Shown here: positions 9,563 through 17,806 of the stretch, one piece after another
Layout of the letters: each line of letters opens with the position of its first letter
Position numbering within the stretch: position 1 is the first letter of the stretch
From: Nostoc punctiforme PCC 73102
GTDB taxonomy: Bacteria; Cyanobacteriota; Cyanobacteriia; Cyanobacteriales; Nostocaceae
DNA: 32,000 nt
Assembly (NCBI RefSeq): GCF_000020025.1
Contig: NC_010628.1
Span: 6,900,001 to 6,932,000, forward strand
Direction: 5' to 3'
Notes under the pieces: generated by a model
Databases searched by the model: none
Told to the model about the DNA's origin: nothing
Seen by the model: only the letters and a program-made list of their open reading frames with translations
Made by a program: the position numbers and the translations under genes

Positions 9563-10609
9563 ATGCCAGTACTTAATATCCTTCATTTAGTTGGGTCTGC
9601 ACACGATAAGTTTTACTGTGATTTATCACGTCTTTATGCCCAAGACTGTTTAGCTGCAACAGCAGATCCATCGCTTTATAACTTTCAAATTGCATATATC
9701 ACACCCGATCGGCAGTGGCGATTTCCTGACTCTCTCAGTCGAGAAGATATTGCTCTTACCAAACCGATTCCTGTGTTTGATGCCATACAATTTCTAACAG
9801 GCCAAAACATTGACATGATGTTACCACAAATGTTTTGTATTCCTGGAATGACTCAGTACCGTGCCCTATTCGATCTGCTCAAGATCCCTTATATAGGAAA
9901 TACCCCAGATATTATGGCGATCGCGGCCCACAAAGCCAGAGCCAAAGCAATTGTCGAAGCAGCAGGGGTAAAAGTGCCTCGTGGAGAATTGCTTCGCCAA
10001 GGAGATATTCCAACAATTACACCTCCAGCAGTCGTCAAACCTGTAAGTTCTGACAACTCTTTAGGAGTAGTCTTAGTTAAAGATGTGACTGAATATGATG
10101 CTGCCTTAAAGAAAGCATTTGAATATGCTTCGGAGGTCATCGTAGAAGCATTCATCGAACTTGGTCGAGAAGTCAGATGCGGCATCATTGTAAAAGACGG
10201 TGAGCTAATAGGTTTACCCCTTGAAGAGTATCTGGTAGACCCACACGATAAACCTATCCGTAACTATGCTGATAAACTCCAACAAACTGACGATGGCGAC
10301 TTGCATTTGACTGCTAAAGATAATATCAAGGCTTGGATTTTAGACCCTAACGACCCAATCACCCAAAAGGTTCAGCAAGTGGCTAAAAGGTGTCATCAGG
10401 CTTTGGGTTGTCGCCACTACAGTTTATTTGACTTCCGAATCGATCCAAAGGGACAACCTTGGTTCTTAGAAGCTGGATTATATTGTTCTTTTGCCCCCAA
10501 AAGTGTGATTTCTTCTATGGCGAAAGCAGCCGGAATCCCTCTAAATGATTTATTAATAACCGCTATTAATGAAACATTGGGTAGTAATAAAAAGGTGTTA
10601 CAAAATTGA
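9563..10609 (+). CDS. mysD: D-Ala-D-Ala ligase-like ATP-grasp enzyme of MAA biosynthesis (adds Ser/Thr to mycosporine-glycine)
   Basis: A 348-aa ORF with Ddl-like ATP-grasp sequence (AAHKARAKAIVEAAGVKVP..., VVKPVSSDNSLGV, LFDFRID...WFLEAG). It is convergent with mysC, exactly as in the N. punctiforme NpF5597/NpR5598-5600 arrangement. Confidence 0.88.
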   Translation: MPVLNILHLVGSAHDKFYCDLSRLYAQDCLAATADPSLYNFQIAYITPDRQWRFPDSLSREDIALTKPIPVFDAIQFLTGQNIDMMLPQMFCIPGMTQYRALFDLLKIPYIGNTPDIMAIAAHKARAKAIVEAAGVKVPRGELLRQGDIPTITPPAVVKPVSSDNSLGVVLVKDVTEYDAALKKAFEYASEVIVEAFIELGREVRCGIIVKDGELIGLPLEEYLVDPHDKPIRNYADKLQQTDDGDLHLTAKDNIKAWILDPNDPITQKVQQVAKRCHQALGCRHYSLFDFRIDPKGQPWFLEAGLYCSFAPKSVISSMAKAAGIPLNDLLITAINETLGSNKKVLQN

Positions 10610-10775
10610 TATTAAAAAAATAAGCGGTGTAAGCCTGCATTCATAAAAGTATAAATAATTACTGCTCTTTTGGAGTGCGGGAGGCGATCGCAGAAAAAAT
10701 CAAGAGCATGGACAAGCTTTTCGCTATTCATGCTCAACAGGTTTACAAATGCCATTTTTGCTTCTTACGAATCAC

Positions 10776-12161
10776 TTAGTCGCCCCCTAATTCCACGAGT
10801 TTACCGATATTAAAATCGATCTTTACCCAACCTTTGAGTCGTTGCAAATTTTGTAGCAAAAGTAAAGTAATCTGCCAATGGTGCAAAGTTAAAAATGGTA
10901 TCGGATCGTCCAGGCGATAAATGGCATCTGTACCTCTGACTAATCTCCCAAACCAAGTTTGTAATTGTTGTCCAGAGCGAATCCCAGTCAATCGCCAGAT
11001 TTCGTGATATATCCAGTAAGTGGGCTTGCTATCTGCAAGAGGTTCCAAAGGTGCAGCTAGAGGAGTTTTACCAAGATAGGCTTCTGCAACACCTGGGTGA
11101 TTGTAGAACATTGTGATCGCCGAATGGGTGCGAGGATTACATTCAATGGCATAAGCTGTACCATCTTCAGCTTGGATAAAGTCAAGAGATATTTGTCCAG
11201 TCAGCCGTAAACTTTTGACGAAATGTTGTACCCATTCTTGAATTTGGGGATTTTCGACATTTTCATAGTTAATCTGAAACGCTGAAGAATTTGAACAGCA
11301 ATGCAACCTTAATTCGCCGTCTCGGACTGTGCTATGGGTGCATAATTCTTTCCCAGGAATAAATTCTTGCATAATCCAAGGTTTTTCTGGGCTGATGGGT
11401 AAACTCTTGACAAACGCTGCTGTCTCTTCTGGGGTATCACAAGGAAGTTTGGTTAAATTTAAGCGGCGAACTGAGTCGTAAGAAATACTCTTAAGAATAT
11501 ATTTGCGCGTCTCTTTACTAAAATCGAAGTTGATAACTTGTTCAGGATCGGTAATTTTAAAAGATTTCGGGGCTGATAAACCAAGCGATCGCGCCCGATC
11601 GGTAAAGGCAAATTTATCATCCAGCATCTTGGTTATATCAGCATCAAAGTGAAAAACCTCACAATATTCTGATAGTGCAGACTTTGCCAAAGAGTCGTAA
11701 TAACTAGCTACAGGGCTGCATACGGGTACATAAACGTCAATCTTCTCTCGTTTGACAATTTCCAATAGCGCTTGGGTATAGCCTTCTGGGTCGTCTTGTG
11801 GTGCAGGAACTGTATAAAAACGACTCACAGAATTTGAGAATCTATGCCCTGATAACCAGTATTTATGACCTTCAATCAGAATAACTCTGTGTCCGGCTGC
11901 ATGGAAGGAGCGGGCAAGTTGCAATGCTTTGGTCATTTTGCCGCCACTGACCAAGATATTCTGGGGATGAGTGGCTACGGCAGGTTTTTTTGTAAACGGC
12001 CTACACATCAGAGATATCAATACTATCAAAGCATTAAGCGGCAAGGCTATCAGCAGTAGTATTAGAGTCCCGATAGTCTTCAGTAGAGCTGCTATTTTTA
12101 GCCTCACACCCTTTGATGGCGTTGTGGATTGAGGAAGAGATAAAGAGATTGATTGTGCCAT
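10776..12161 (-). CDS. mysC: ATP-grasp mycosporine-glycine synthase (4-deoxygadusol + glycine)
   Basis: 461 aa from the ATG at 12161, with AAGGA 8 nt upstream; the track's 12206 start is a GTG. The sequence (SGGKMTKALQLARSFHAAGHRV..., YAIECNPRTHSAIT, IDFNIGKLVELGGD) closely resembles my recollection of Ava_3856/NpR5598. Confidence 0.9.
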   Translation of the reverse strand: MAQSISLSLPQSTTPSKGVRLKIAALLKTIGTLILLLIALPLNALIVLISLMCRPFTKKPAVATHPQNILVSGGKMTKALQLARSFHAAGHRVILIEGHKYWLSGHRFSNSVSRFYTVPAPQDDPEGYTQALLEIVKREKIDVYVPVCSPVASYYDSLAKSALSEYCEVFHFDADITKMLDDKFAFTDRARSLGLSAPKSFKITDPEQVINFDFSKETRKYILKSISYDSVRRLNLTKLPCDTPEETAAFVKSLPISPEKPWIMQEFIPGKELCTHSTVRDGELRLHCCSNSSAFQINYENVENPQIQEWVQHFVKSLRLTGQISLDFIQAEDGTAYAIECNPRTHSAITMFYNHPGVAEAYLGKTPLAAPLEPLADSKPTYWIYHEIWRLTGIRSGQQLQTWFGRLVRGTDAIYRLDDPIPFLTLHHWQITLLLLQNLQRLKGWVKIDFNIGKLVELGGD

Positions 12162-12284
12162 AAATTTTTCCTTGACGTGGAATGCAGTTCTTTTATAGGG
12201 ACACACAGATGTGCGTCCCTACCGGATATTGCATCCAAATGAGAACTGCCATAACATCAGATGCCTTGAATTGAGAAGCGCCTG

Positions 12285-13118
12285 TTATACCAAGCGTCTA
12301 ATCAGGGTTATACCATCTCGTATGGGTAACAGAACTTGCTCTACACGAGGATCTGCGGCGACAATGCGGTTGAATTGAGCGATCGCTTCACCATTGGCTG
12401 TACGCTGTTCTGATGGCAGGTAAACTTGTCCTTGCAACAAAGTATTATCTACACAGATTAATCCGTCGGGAGCTAGTAAATGGCTATCCAAGATAATTTG
12501 GAAGTATTCTATATACTCCTTTTTATCCGCATCAATGAAGATCAGATCAAAGGATTCTTTTTTAGCCACCAGCTTGTGCAGCGTCTCTAGTGCAGGTGCC
12601 ACTTCTACAACAATCTTGCGGCCGTGGGGAGACTCTTGAAAGCAAGTTTGAGCAAACTCGGCCACATAGGAGTCTACTTCACAAGCAATCAGTCGCCCAT
12701 CATCTGGTAACGCCTCTGCCATTGCCAAAGCTGAATATCCTGTGAACATTCCCACTTCTAGGATGCTTTTAGCCTTAGTGATATGCACAAACATCTTTAG
12801 TGTTTGTCCTTCAAGATGTCCTGAGAGCATTTCTTGCTCTAATTGACGCACTGTTTCACCATCACTGAAGCGTTTACTCCAGTCTTCAATGCTTGTCTTC
12901 TGCGCTAGTGCTGTCAATGCGGTCGATTCAGGGGTAGTGCAATCATCCAGATAGGGATCTAAACCTGCTGCTAATTGCAACCCTTGGCGCAGAGAAGTCA
13001 GTATCTCTGAAGGAATATTACTTTCCTCTGCCATTCTGAGGGTTTTTTGTAGCTGTGCTACCAGAATGCTATGTGGCGTTATTGGTCTTGCGGTATCTCG
13101 TCCTAAAATACTGGTCAT
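12285..13118 (-). CDS. mysB: SAM-dependent O-methyltransferase (desmethyl-4-deoxygadusol to 4-deoxygadusol)
   Basis: A 277-aa ORF of the catechol-OMT-like class I fold (ILEVGMFTGYSALAMAEAL, FDLIFIDADKKEY). Its ATG lies 4 nt after the mysA stop. Confidence 0.9.
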   Translation of the reverse strand: MTSILGRDTARPITPHSILVAQLQKTLRMAEESNIPSEILTSLRQGLQLAAGLDPYLDDCTTPESTALTALAQKTSIEDWSKRFSDGETVRQLEQEMLSGHLEGQTLKMFVHITKAKSILEVGMFTGYSALAMAEALPDDGRLIACEVDSYVAEFAQTCFQESPHGRKIVVEVAPALETLHKLVAKKESFDLIFIDADKKEYIEYFQIILDSHLLAPDGLICVDNTLLQGQVYLPSEQRTANGEAIAQFNRIVAADPRVEQVLLPIRDGITLIRRLV

Positions 13119-13122
13119 GTTT

Positions 13123-14355
13123 TCACACTCCCAATAGTTTGGATTCTTCTTGAGTTTCTATGTAAGCGTCAATGCCATCTCCACCACGAGGGTATGTAGC
13201 ACACAGACGTTTGTGTTCAGCTAAAGCTGCATCTAGTTCTTCACGGGTGAAATCGTTGACAAAGAAGCACTCACCAATGGGTTTAGGCATAGCTGCGCGT
13301 TGTTTCCCGTCTCGCGTCAAGCTAATAGATTGGGTAGCATACCAGAGCAAATCGCCATCTAGTAGAGGATGATCGATTGATAAACCTATACGACTCATCA
13401 AGCTCAAAATGCGATCGCGTTCTCCTGATGTAATGTAGCCACGTCTTGCCGCAATAGTTGCAGACAAAGCCATGTCTATATTGACGGCATGACCGTGAAA
13501 CAACGGTATCATCGGAGCTAATTCTAAGGTCGGACTCCAAGTGTGACCGTAGGCAATGACGCGATCGAGGTCTAACTCATGCAAGTTTGGAGTTTCCAAC
13601 TCCAGCATAGTTTTTATTGCCTCGTAATTGAGTTTATGTGCGATCGCTTTCAGTTCCTTTGTACCATTCACATATCCAAAGTGAGTGGAAAGCAACTCTT
13701 CGCCATATTCATACAACAATTCAAAGACTTCAGAGTTCGCCACAACAGCAATTTTGACCAACTCTGCCATCCCATTACGAACTTGAGCCGTTGGTAATGT
13801 TTGCAAGAAGGAGAAATCGAGGATGACTTTCAAAGGAGCATGATATGCACCCAAGCGATTTTTTAACTTGCGATGGTTGACTGCAACCTTAATCGCTACA
13901 CCTGCATCAATCAGACCAATCAGCGTTGTCGGAACCCGAATATAGTTACTCTTACGACGGTAAGCAGCACACGCAAACCCAGCTACATCAGTGGTTAAAC
14001 CACCACCCACTACTAATACTGGTTCCTTGCGGATTAAACCAAAGTCAGAAAAAGCATCAACAATTTTCTCAAAGGTTGCAAGGGTTTTAGTAGGCTCAGT
14101 AATCACAATGGGAACTACGGTCAGATCAATACCATAGTGTCTAAAATATGACTTGATTTGCTTGCCATATAATCTGTTGACATTAGCATCAATCACAGTC
14201 AGACAACGGCCAAACTTCTCATAGCTGTCTGCAATTTCTCTGTTACTGATATCAAATGCACCATTTACATAGACAAGACTAAACTCAATTTTTTCGTAAC
14301 CTTCCACGCGGAATTCAGCTTCCGTTGCTTCAAACGATGCTTGAACATTACTCAT
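13123..14355 (-). CDS. mysA: Desmethyl-4-deoxygadusol synthase (sedoheptulose-7-phosphate cyclase, DHQS-like)
   Basis: A 410-aa ORF of the sugar-phosphate cyclase superfamily ([45 protein letters not shown]). It is near-collinear with the Ava_3858/NpR5600 sequences as I recall them. Confidence 0.93.
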
Positions 14356-14680
14356 TATTATTGACCTTGATAGAATTGAAAAATTTGTGAAAATTCAGGC
14401 AATATTTTAGATTAATCCTGATGTATGGCAATAACAAATCATGCTCATGAACGCTAAAACTTTTAGGCATTCTAAAGCCAGCTTTTACTAGAAAAGCTTA
14501 TTATTATTACCGAGCGATGCCACTAAATAGCACCGTTATTGATCTAAATTCTGTAAGCTAACCTCTAATTTAAGGTTGCCCTAAGACTACTCAACTAGTC
14601 CCATTAAAAATTGATCGTCATAACGCTTGCGCTCTTTTGGGATTGTTGACCTGAATTCGGCAAGTTAACCTTAAGTTTAG

Positions 14681-14724
14681 ATTAACTCTACTATTAACTC
14701 TGCTATATCTATCTATAGATATAG
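14681..14724. promoter_or_regulatory. Direct repeat ATTAACTCT-N3-ATTAACTCT immediately followed by perfect 10-2-10 palindrome CTATATCTAT-CT-ATAGATATAG; candidate regulator binding sites upstream of mysA
   Basis: Read directly from the sequence: the direct repeats are at 14681-14689 and 14693-14701, and the palindrome is at 14703-14724. The sites lie about 330-370 bp upstream of the mysA ATG in a roughly 0.9-kb AT-rich divergent intergenic region. Confidence 0.3.
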
Positions 14725-15281
14725 AGGTTTGACAACTGTTTTAATTCGCAAAATTTCTAACAGAGAAAACTGGATAAATAGTTTATCTCCAAGCTTCCAT
14801 TTAAGATTACAGCCCTGATTAACCTTCAGTTCGCTGTTTTTTAGCATTAGTCTCGAACCTTTTATCGCTAAACTTTCTACACTCTGTTTTACTCAGAGTG
14901 CCAGTGGACTTCTAGTTGATTTTAGTTAACTTTCTGTTCAGTATTTAATATACCAACGTCGGTAACTTTTGAAAACCCAAAATTTTAATTAATCAGAGTT
15001 ACTAATTACACATATCAGTTTAACTCAAGACATGAGTCATTTTATATTTACAAATCTTAAAAAAGAGTTAAATTGGCTTTTTCGTTCAAAATTATAGGAT
15101 TTCAGCTTAAATTAAGAGATGATTTTCTGGTTAGTAACATAAAAAGTGATATGTGTATTCTGCCAAAAGTATATGAAGTGAATATTTTTTTATACTAAAA
15201 GTTGATTCTACCGATGTAGTATATACCTCAGTAATGATGGATGATTAATATTAGTAAGTGTGTGTATTCGTTCTAATCCCT

Positions 15282-15998
15282 ATGCAACAGTTATTTCCCG
15301 GAGAAGTATTCGCCAGCACTGCTGATTTTGACATTGGTATTCGCCAACTGATACCCAGATACGATGAGATGTTGGAGGTAATTACCCGTTGTCTACCTTC
15401 CACAAGTCTGCGGATATTAGAATTAGGTTGTGGTACAGGCGAACTTAGTCTCAAAATACTCAAACGCTTTCCAAATGCCCAAGTAATTGCTCTAGATTAC
15501 TCACCTCGAATGTTACAATTTGCCCAACATAAAATCACAGCATCTGGATATCAAAAACGTTGGGTTGGTACACAAGCAGACTTTGGCGATTGGGCAAATA
15601 ATCCAGAAAAATTAGATATTGGTAGCGAATTTGATGCCTGTGTATCATCCTTGGCAATTCATCATCTCCAGGATGAGATGAAATTAAAGTTATTTAGCCG
15701 AATTGCTGCTAGCCTCACTCAAGATGGCTGTTTTTGGAATGGAGACCCAATTTTACCGGAATCATCAGCCTTAGCAGAAGTTTATCAGGCTGCACGAGAA
15801 GAATGGTCAGTTGAACAGGGAACCAATTTAACAGAGATTCGTGCAAAGCTTGGTGCAAGCAGCACTCAAGGTTACTCTAGTCAAGACCAGCTAGCTAGCT
15901 TAGATACTCATTTACAGATGTTGAGCAAAGCTGGATTTAAAACAGTTGCAGTACCTTGGAAATATTATGGTCTGGCGGTGTTAGGTGGCTGGCTATGA
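15282..15998 (+). CDS. Class I SAM-dependent methyltransferase
   Basis: Motif I is ILELGCGTGELSL, and the post-I acidic residue is in VIALDYSPRML. I prefer the ATG at 15282 over the GTG at 15258. The gene is divergent from mysA. Confidence 0.85.
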   Translation: MQQLFPGEVFASTADFDIGIRQLIPRYDEMLEVITRCLPSTSLRILELGCGTGELSLKILKRFPNAQVIALDYSPRMLQFAQHKITASGYQKRWVGTQADFGDWANNPEKLDIGSEFDACVSSLAIHHLQDEMKLKLFSRIAASLTQDGCFWNGDPILPESSALAEVYQAAREEWSVEQGTNLTEIRAKLGASSTQGYSSQDQLASLDTHLQMLSKAGFKTVAVPWKYYGLAVLGGWL

Positions 15999-16130
15999 AA
16001 ATTTTGGTTTTTGGATACTGGATTTGGAATTTACCTGTCCCTAATCGATATTTATAGGATTAGCAGACTTATGGTAACAAAACAGTAATAAATAACATTA
16101 TTTCCCTTAATTAGAACTAATATGTAGACC

Positions 16131-16264
16131 AATACAGTTCAGTTAAGAAAAATTGTTGGTTAGGTTAAGCAAAGCGCAACCCAACAAAGGCCCGGAAATG
16201 TTGGGTTTCGTTCCTCCACCCAACCTACGCAGTTTAAGTTTTTTGGCGCTAACTGAACCGTATT
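16131..16264. mobile_element. MITE-like element (about 134 bp) with terminal inverted repeats AATACAGTTCAGTTAAG / CTAACTGAACCGTATT
   Basis: The TIRs were read directly and match at 14 of 17 positions. The interior carries AACCCAAC/GTTGGGTT hairpin modules. There is no coding capacity. The same TIR bounds a second element at 27638-27925. Confidence 0.55.
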
Positions 16265-16280
16265 GATATATAGACGCTTT

Positions 16281-16418
16281 AGGTCTGTAAAGGAGGTCTT
16301 GCTAACTCACGCAAAGATTTTGGCTGAGACTTACGGTATCTAGGCTGTCCTTGTGTTTTGATGCAATATTTCCACATCAGAAGTACCCATGAGGGTACTA
16401 TCAATCCTTTACAGACCT
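16281..16418. repeat. Perfect 14-bp inverted repeat AGGTCTGTAAAGGA ... TCCTTTACAGACCT enclosing about 110 bp (with a nested 7-3-7 palindrome at 16382-16398); a second MITE-like element or a structured leader
   Basis: Read directly from the sequence. It lies 140 bp upstream of the M4 protease start codon and directly adjacent to the 16131-16264 element. Confidence 0.4.
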
Positions 16419-16558
16419 ATCCGAAAATACAGAGTAGAAAATTTTCTTCAGAAAATAAACCAGGGACACGCAATTTGGATTCGTTTTTCTGCTCCTATCT
16501 CCAGTGGGGTTAGAGCCACTGTTTGCCATCACTTAGTTTTAAAAGGAGAATATCTTGG

Positions 16559-17638
16559 ATGGCTCGAAATAAAAAGAAATCAGCCGGGTTTAAGTATGAG
16601 CATCCACTTGTGTCTAGATGCCCGATTTGTTGTATTATCCCGCCACATATACTAGAACATGTCGTTGTAAATGGCAATCCTCAACAGCGTAATTGGGCTT
16701 TTCGTACATTAAATGTTTCGGCACAATTTCGCGGACGGAGAGATGTCATAGGTACTGTCTCGTTTGCACCTTCTCCAGGTGAAAAGCGTCGCACCATTTA
16801 TGATGCAAAATATGGCCAACAGCTTCCTGGTACATTAGTGCGCGGTGAAGGCGATCCTCCCAGCAGTGATATAGCAGTGAATGAAGCCTACGATGCTGCT
16901 GGTGCAACTTATGACTTGTTTTATGAGATATTCGATCGCAATTCCGTTGACGACAAAGGACTACGTTTAGACTCCACCGTGCATTATGGCGTTAAATATG
17001 ACAACGCCTTTTGGAACGGCGACCAAATGGTTTATGGTGATGGCGACGGAGAAATGTTTCAACGCTTTACGACATCAATTGATGTGATTGGGCATGAGCT
17101 AACTCATGGTATAACCCAATATGAAGCGGGTTTACAATATTATGGCGAACCAGGAGCATTAAATGAATCATTTTCTGATGTCTTCGGTTCTTTGGTGAAA
17201 CAAAAGAGCAAAAATCAGACTGCACAAGAAGCAGATTGGCTGATTGGCGAAGGTCTTTTAGTACCAACTGTTAAAGGTGTTGCCCTGCGATCGATGAAAG
17301 CACCGGGAACAGCTTATGATGATCCAGTAATGGGTAAAGATCCTCAACCAGCCCATGTAAAAGATAAATACACTGGTACTGATGATAACGGTGGCGTGCA
17401 TATCAACTCAGGAATTCCTAACCATGCGTTTTATTTAGCGGCTGTTAGCATTGGTGGCTATGCTTGGGAAAAAGCAGGCAAAATCTGGTACATAGCTTTA
17501 CGCGATCGCTTGAAAGCCAAAGCAGATTTCAAAAAAGCTGCCAGTGTCACCATTCAAATTGCTGGCGAACTCTACGGTAATGGTAGTGATGATCAAAAAG
17601 CTGTACAGGATGCTTGGCAAAAGGTAGGAGTTATCTAG
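16559..17638 (+). CDS. M4 (thermolysin-family) zinc metallopeptidase, protealysin-like (short propeptide, no signal peptide)
   Basis: The zinc site is VIGHELTHG plus GALNESFSDVFG, and GGVHINSGIPNHAFY is also present. The N-terminus is charged and non-hydrophobic and carries IIPPHILEHV, resembling the protealysin propeptide motif. The ATG at 16559 has AAGGAG 9-14 nt upstream; the track's 16523 start is a TTG. Confidence 0.9.
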   Translation: MARNKKKSAGFKYEHPLVSRCPICCIIPPHILEHVVVNGNPQQRNWAFRTLNVSAQFRGRRDVIGTVSFAPSPGEKRRTIYDAKYGQQLPGTLVRGEGDPPSSDIAVNEAYDAAGATYDLFYEIFDRNSVDDKGLRLDSTVHYGVKYDNAFWNGDQMVYGDGDGEMFQRFTTSIDVIGHELTHGITQYEAGLQYYGEPGALNESFSDVFGSLVKQKSKNQTAQEADWLIGEGLLVPTVKGVALRSMKAPGTAYDDPVMGKDPQPAHVKDKYTGTDDNGGVHINSGIPNHAFYLAAVSIGGYAWEKAGKIWYIALRDRLKAKADFKKAASVTIQIAGELYGNGSDDQKAVQDAWQKVGVI

Positions 17639-17645
17639 GAGTTAT

Positions 17646-17693
17646 GAGTGAGGAGTGAGGAATAAATAGTCAATACCTTCCACTCCCTCACTC
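17646..17693. repeat. Imperfect inverted repeat of GAGTGAG-type units forming a stem-loop in the protease-inhibitor spacer
   Basis: GAGTGAGGAGTGAGG (17646-17660) pairs with CCACTCCCTCACTC (17680-17693), giving about 13 bp with bulges. It starts 8 nt after the protease stop. Confidence 0.6.
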
Positions 17694-17806
17694 AACACTC
17701 AGGACTGATAAATCTGTTGTGTATTGTTGCTAAAGTGGGATGTGAGAACTGCTATCTCCCATTCTAAATATTTATCCAAACTAAATAACACAACAGAGAG
17801 CAAAAA

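Noticed and set aside
12162-12206. N-terminal extensions implied by the ORF track here and at 3851-3868, 4038-4100, 8878-8889, 15258-15281, 16523-16558, 19241-19252, 23660-23743, 24642-24650 and 30543-30620
   Set aside because: These extensions begin at TTG or GTG codons. They add sequence that is not family-like, while downstream ATGs have better Shine-Dalgarno sequences and give canonical N-termini.
16389-16655. 88-aa plus-strand ORF upstream of and overlapping the M4 protease start
   Set aside because: It starts inside the inverted-repeat element and overlaps the protease ATG in another frame. It has no Shine-Dalgarno sequence and no recognisable sequence features.
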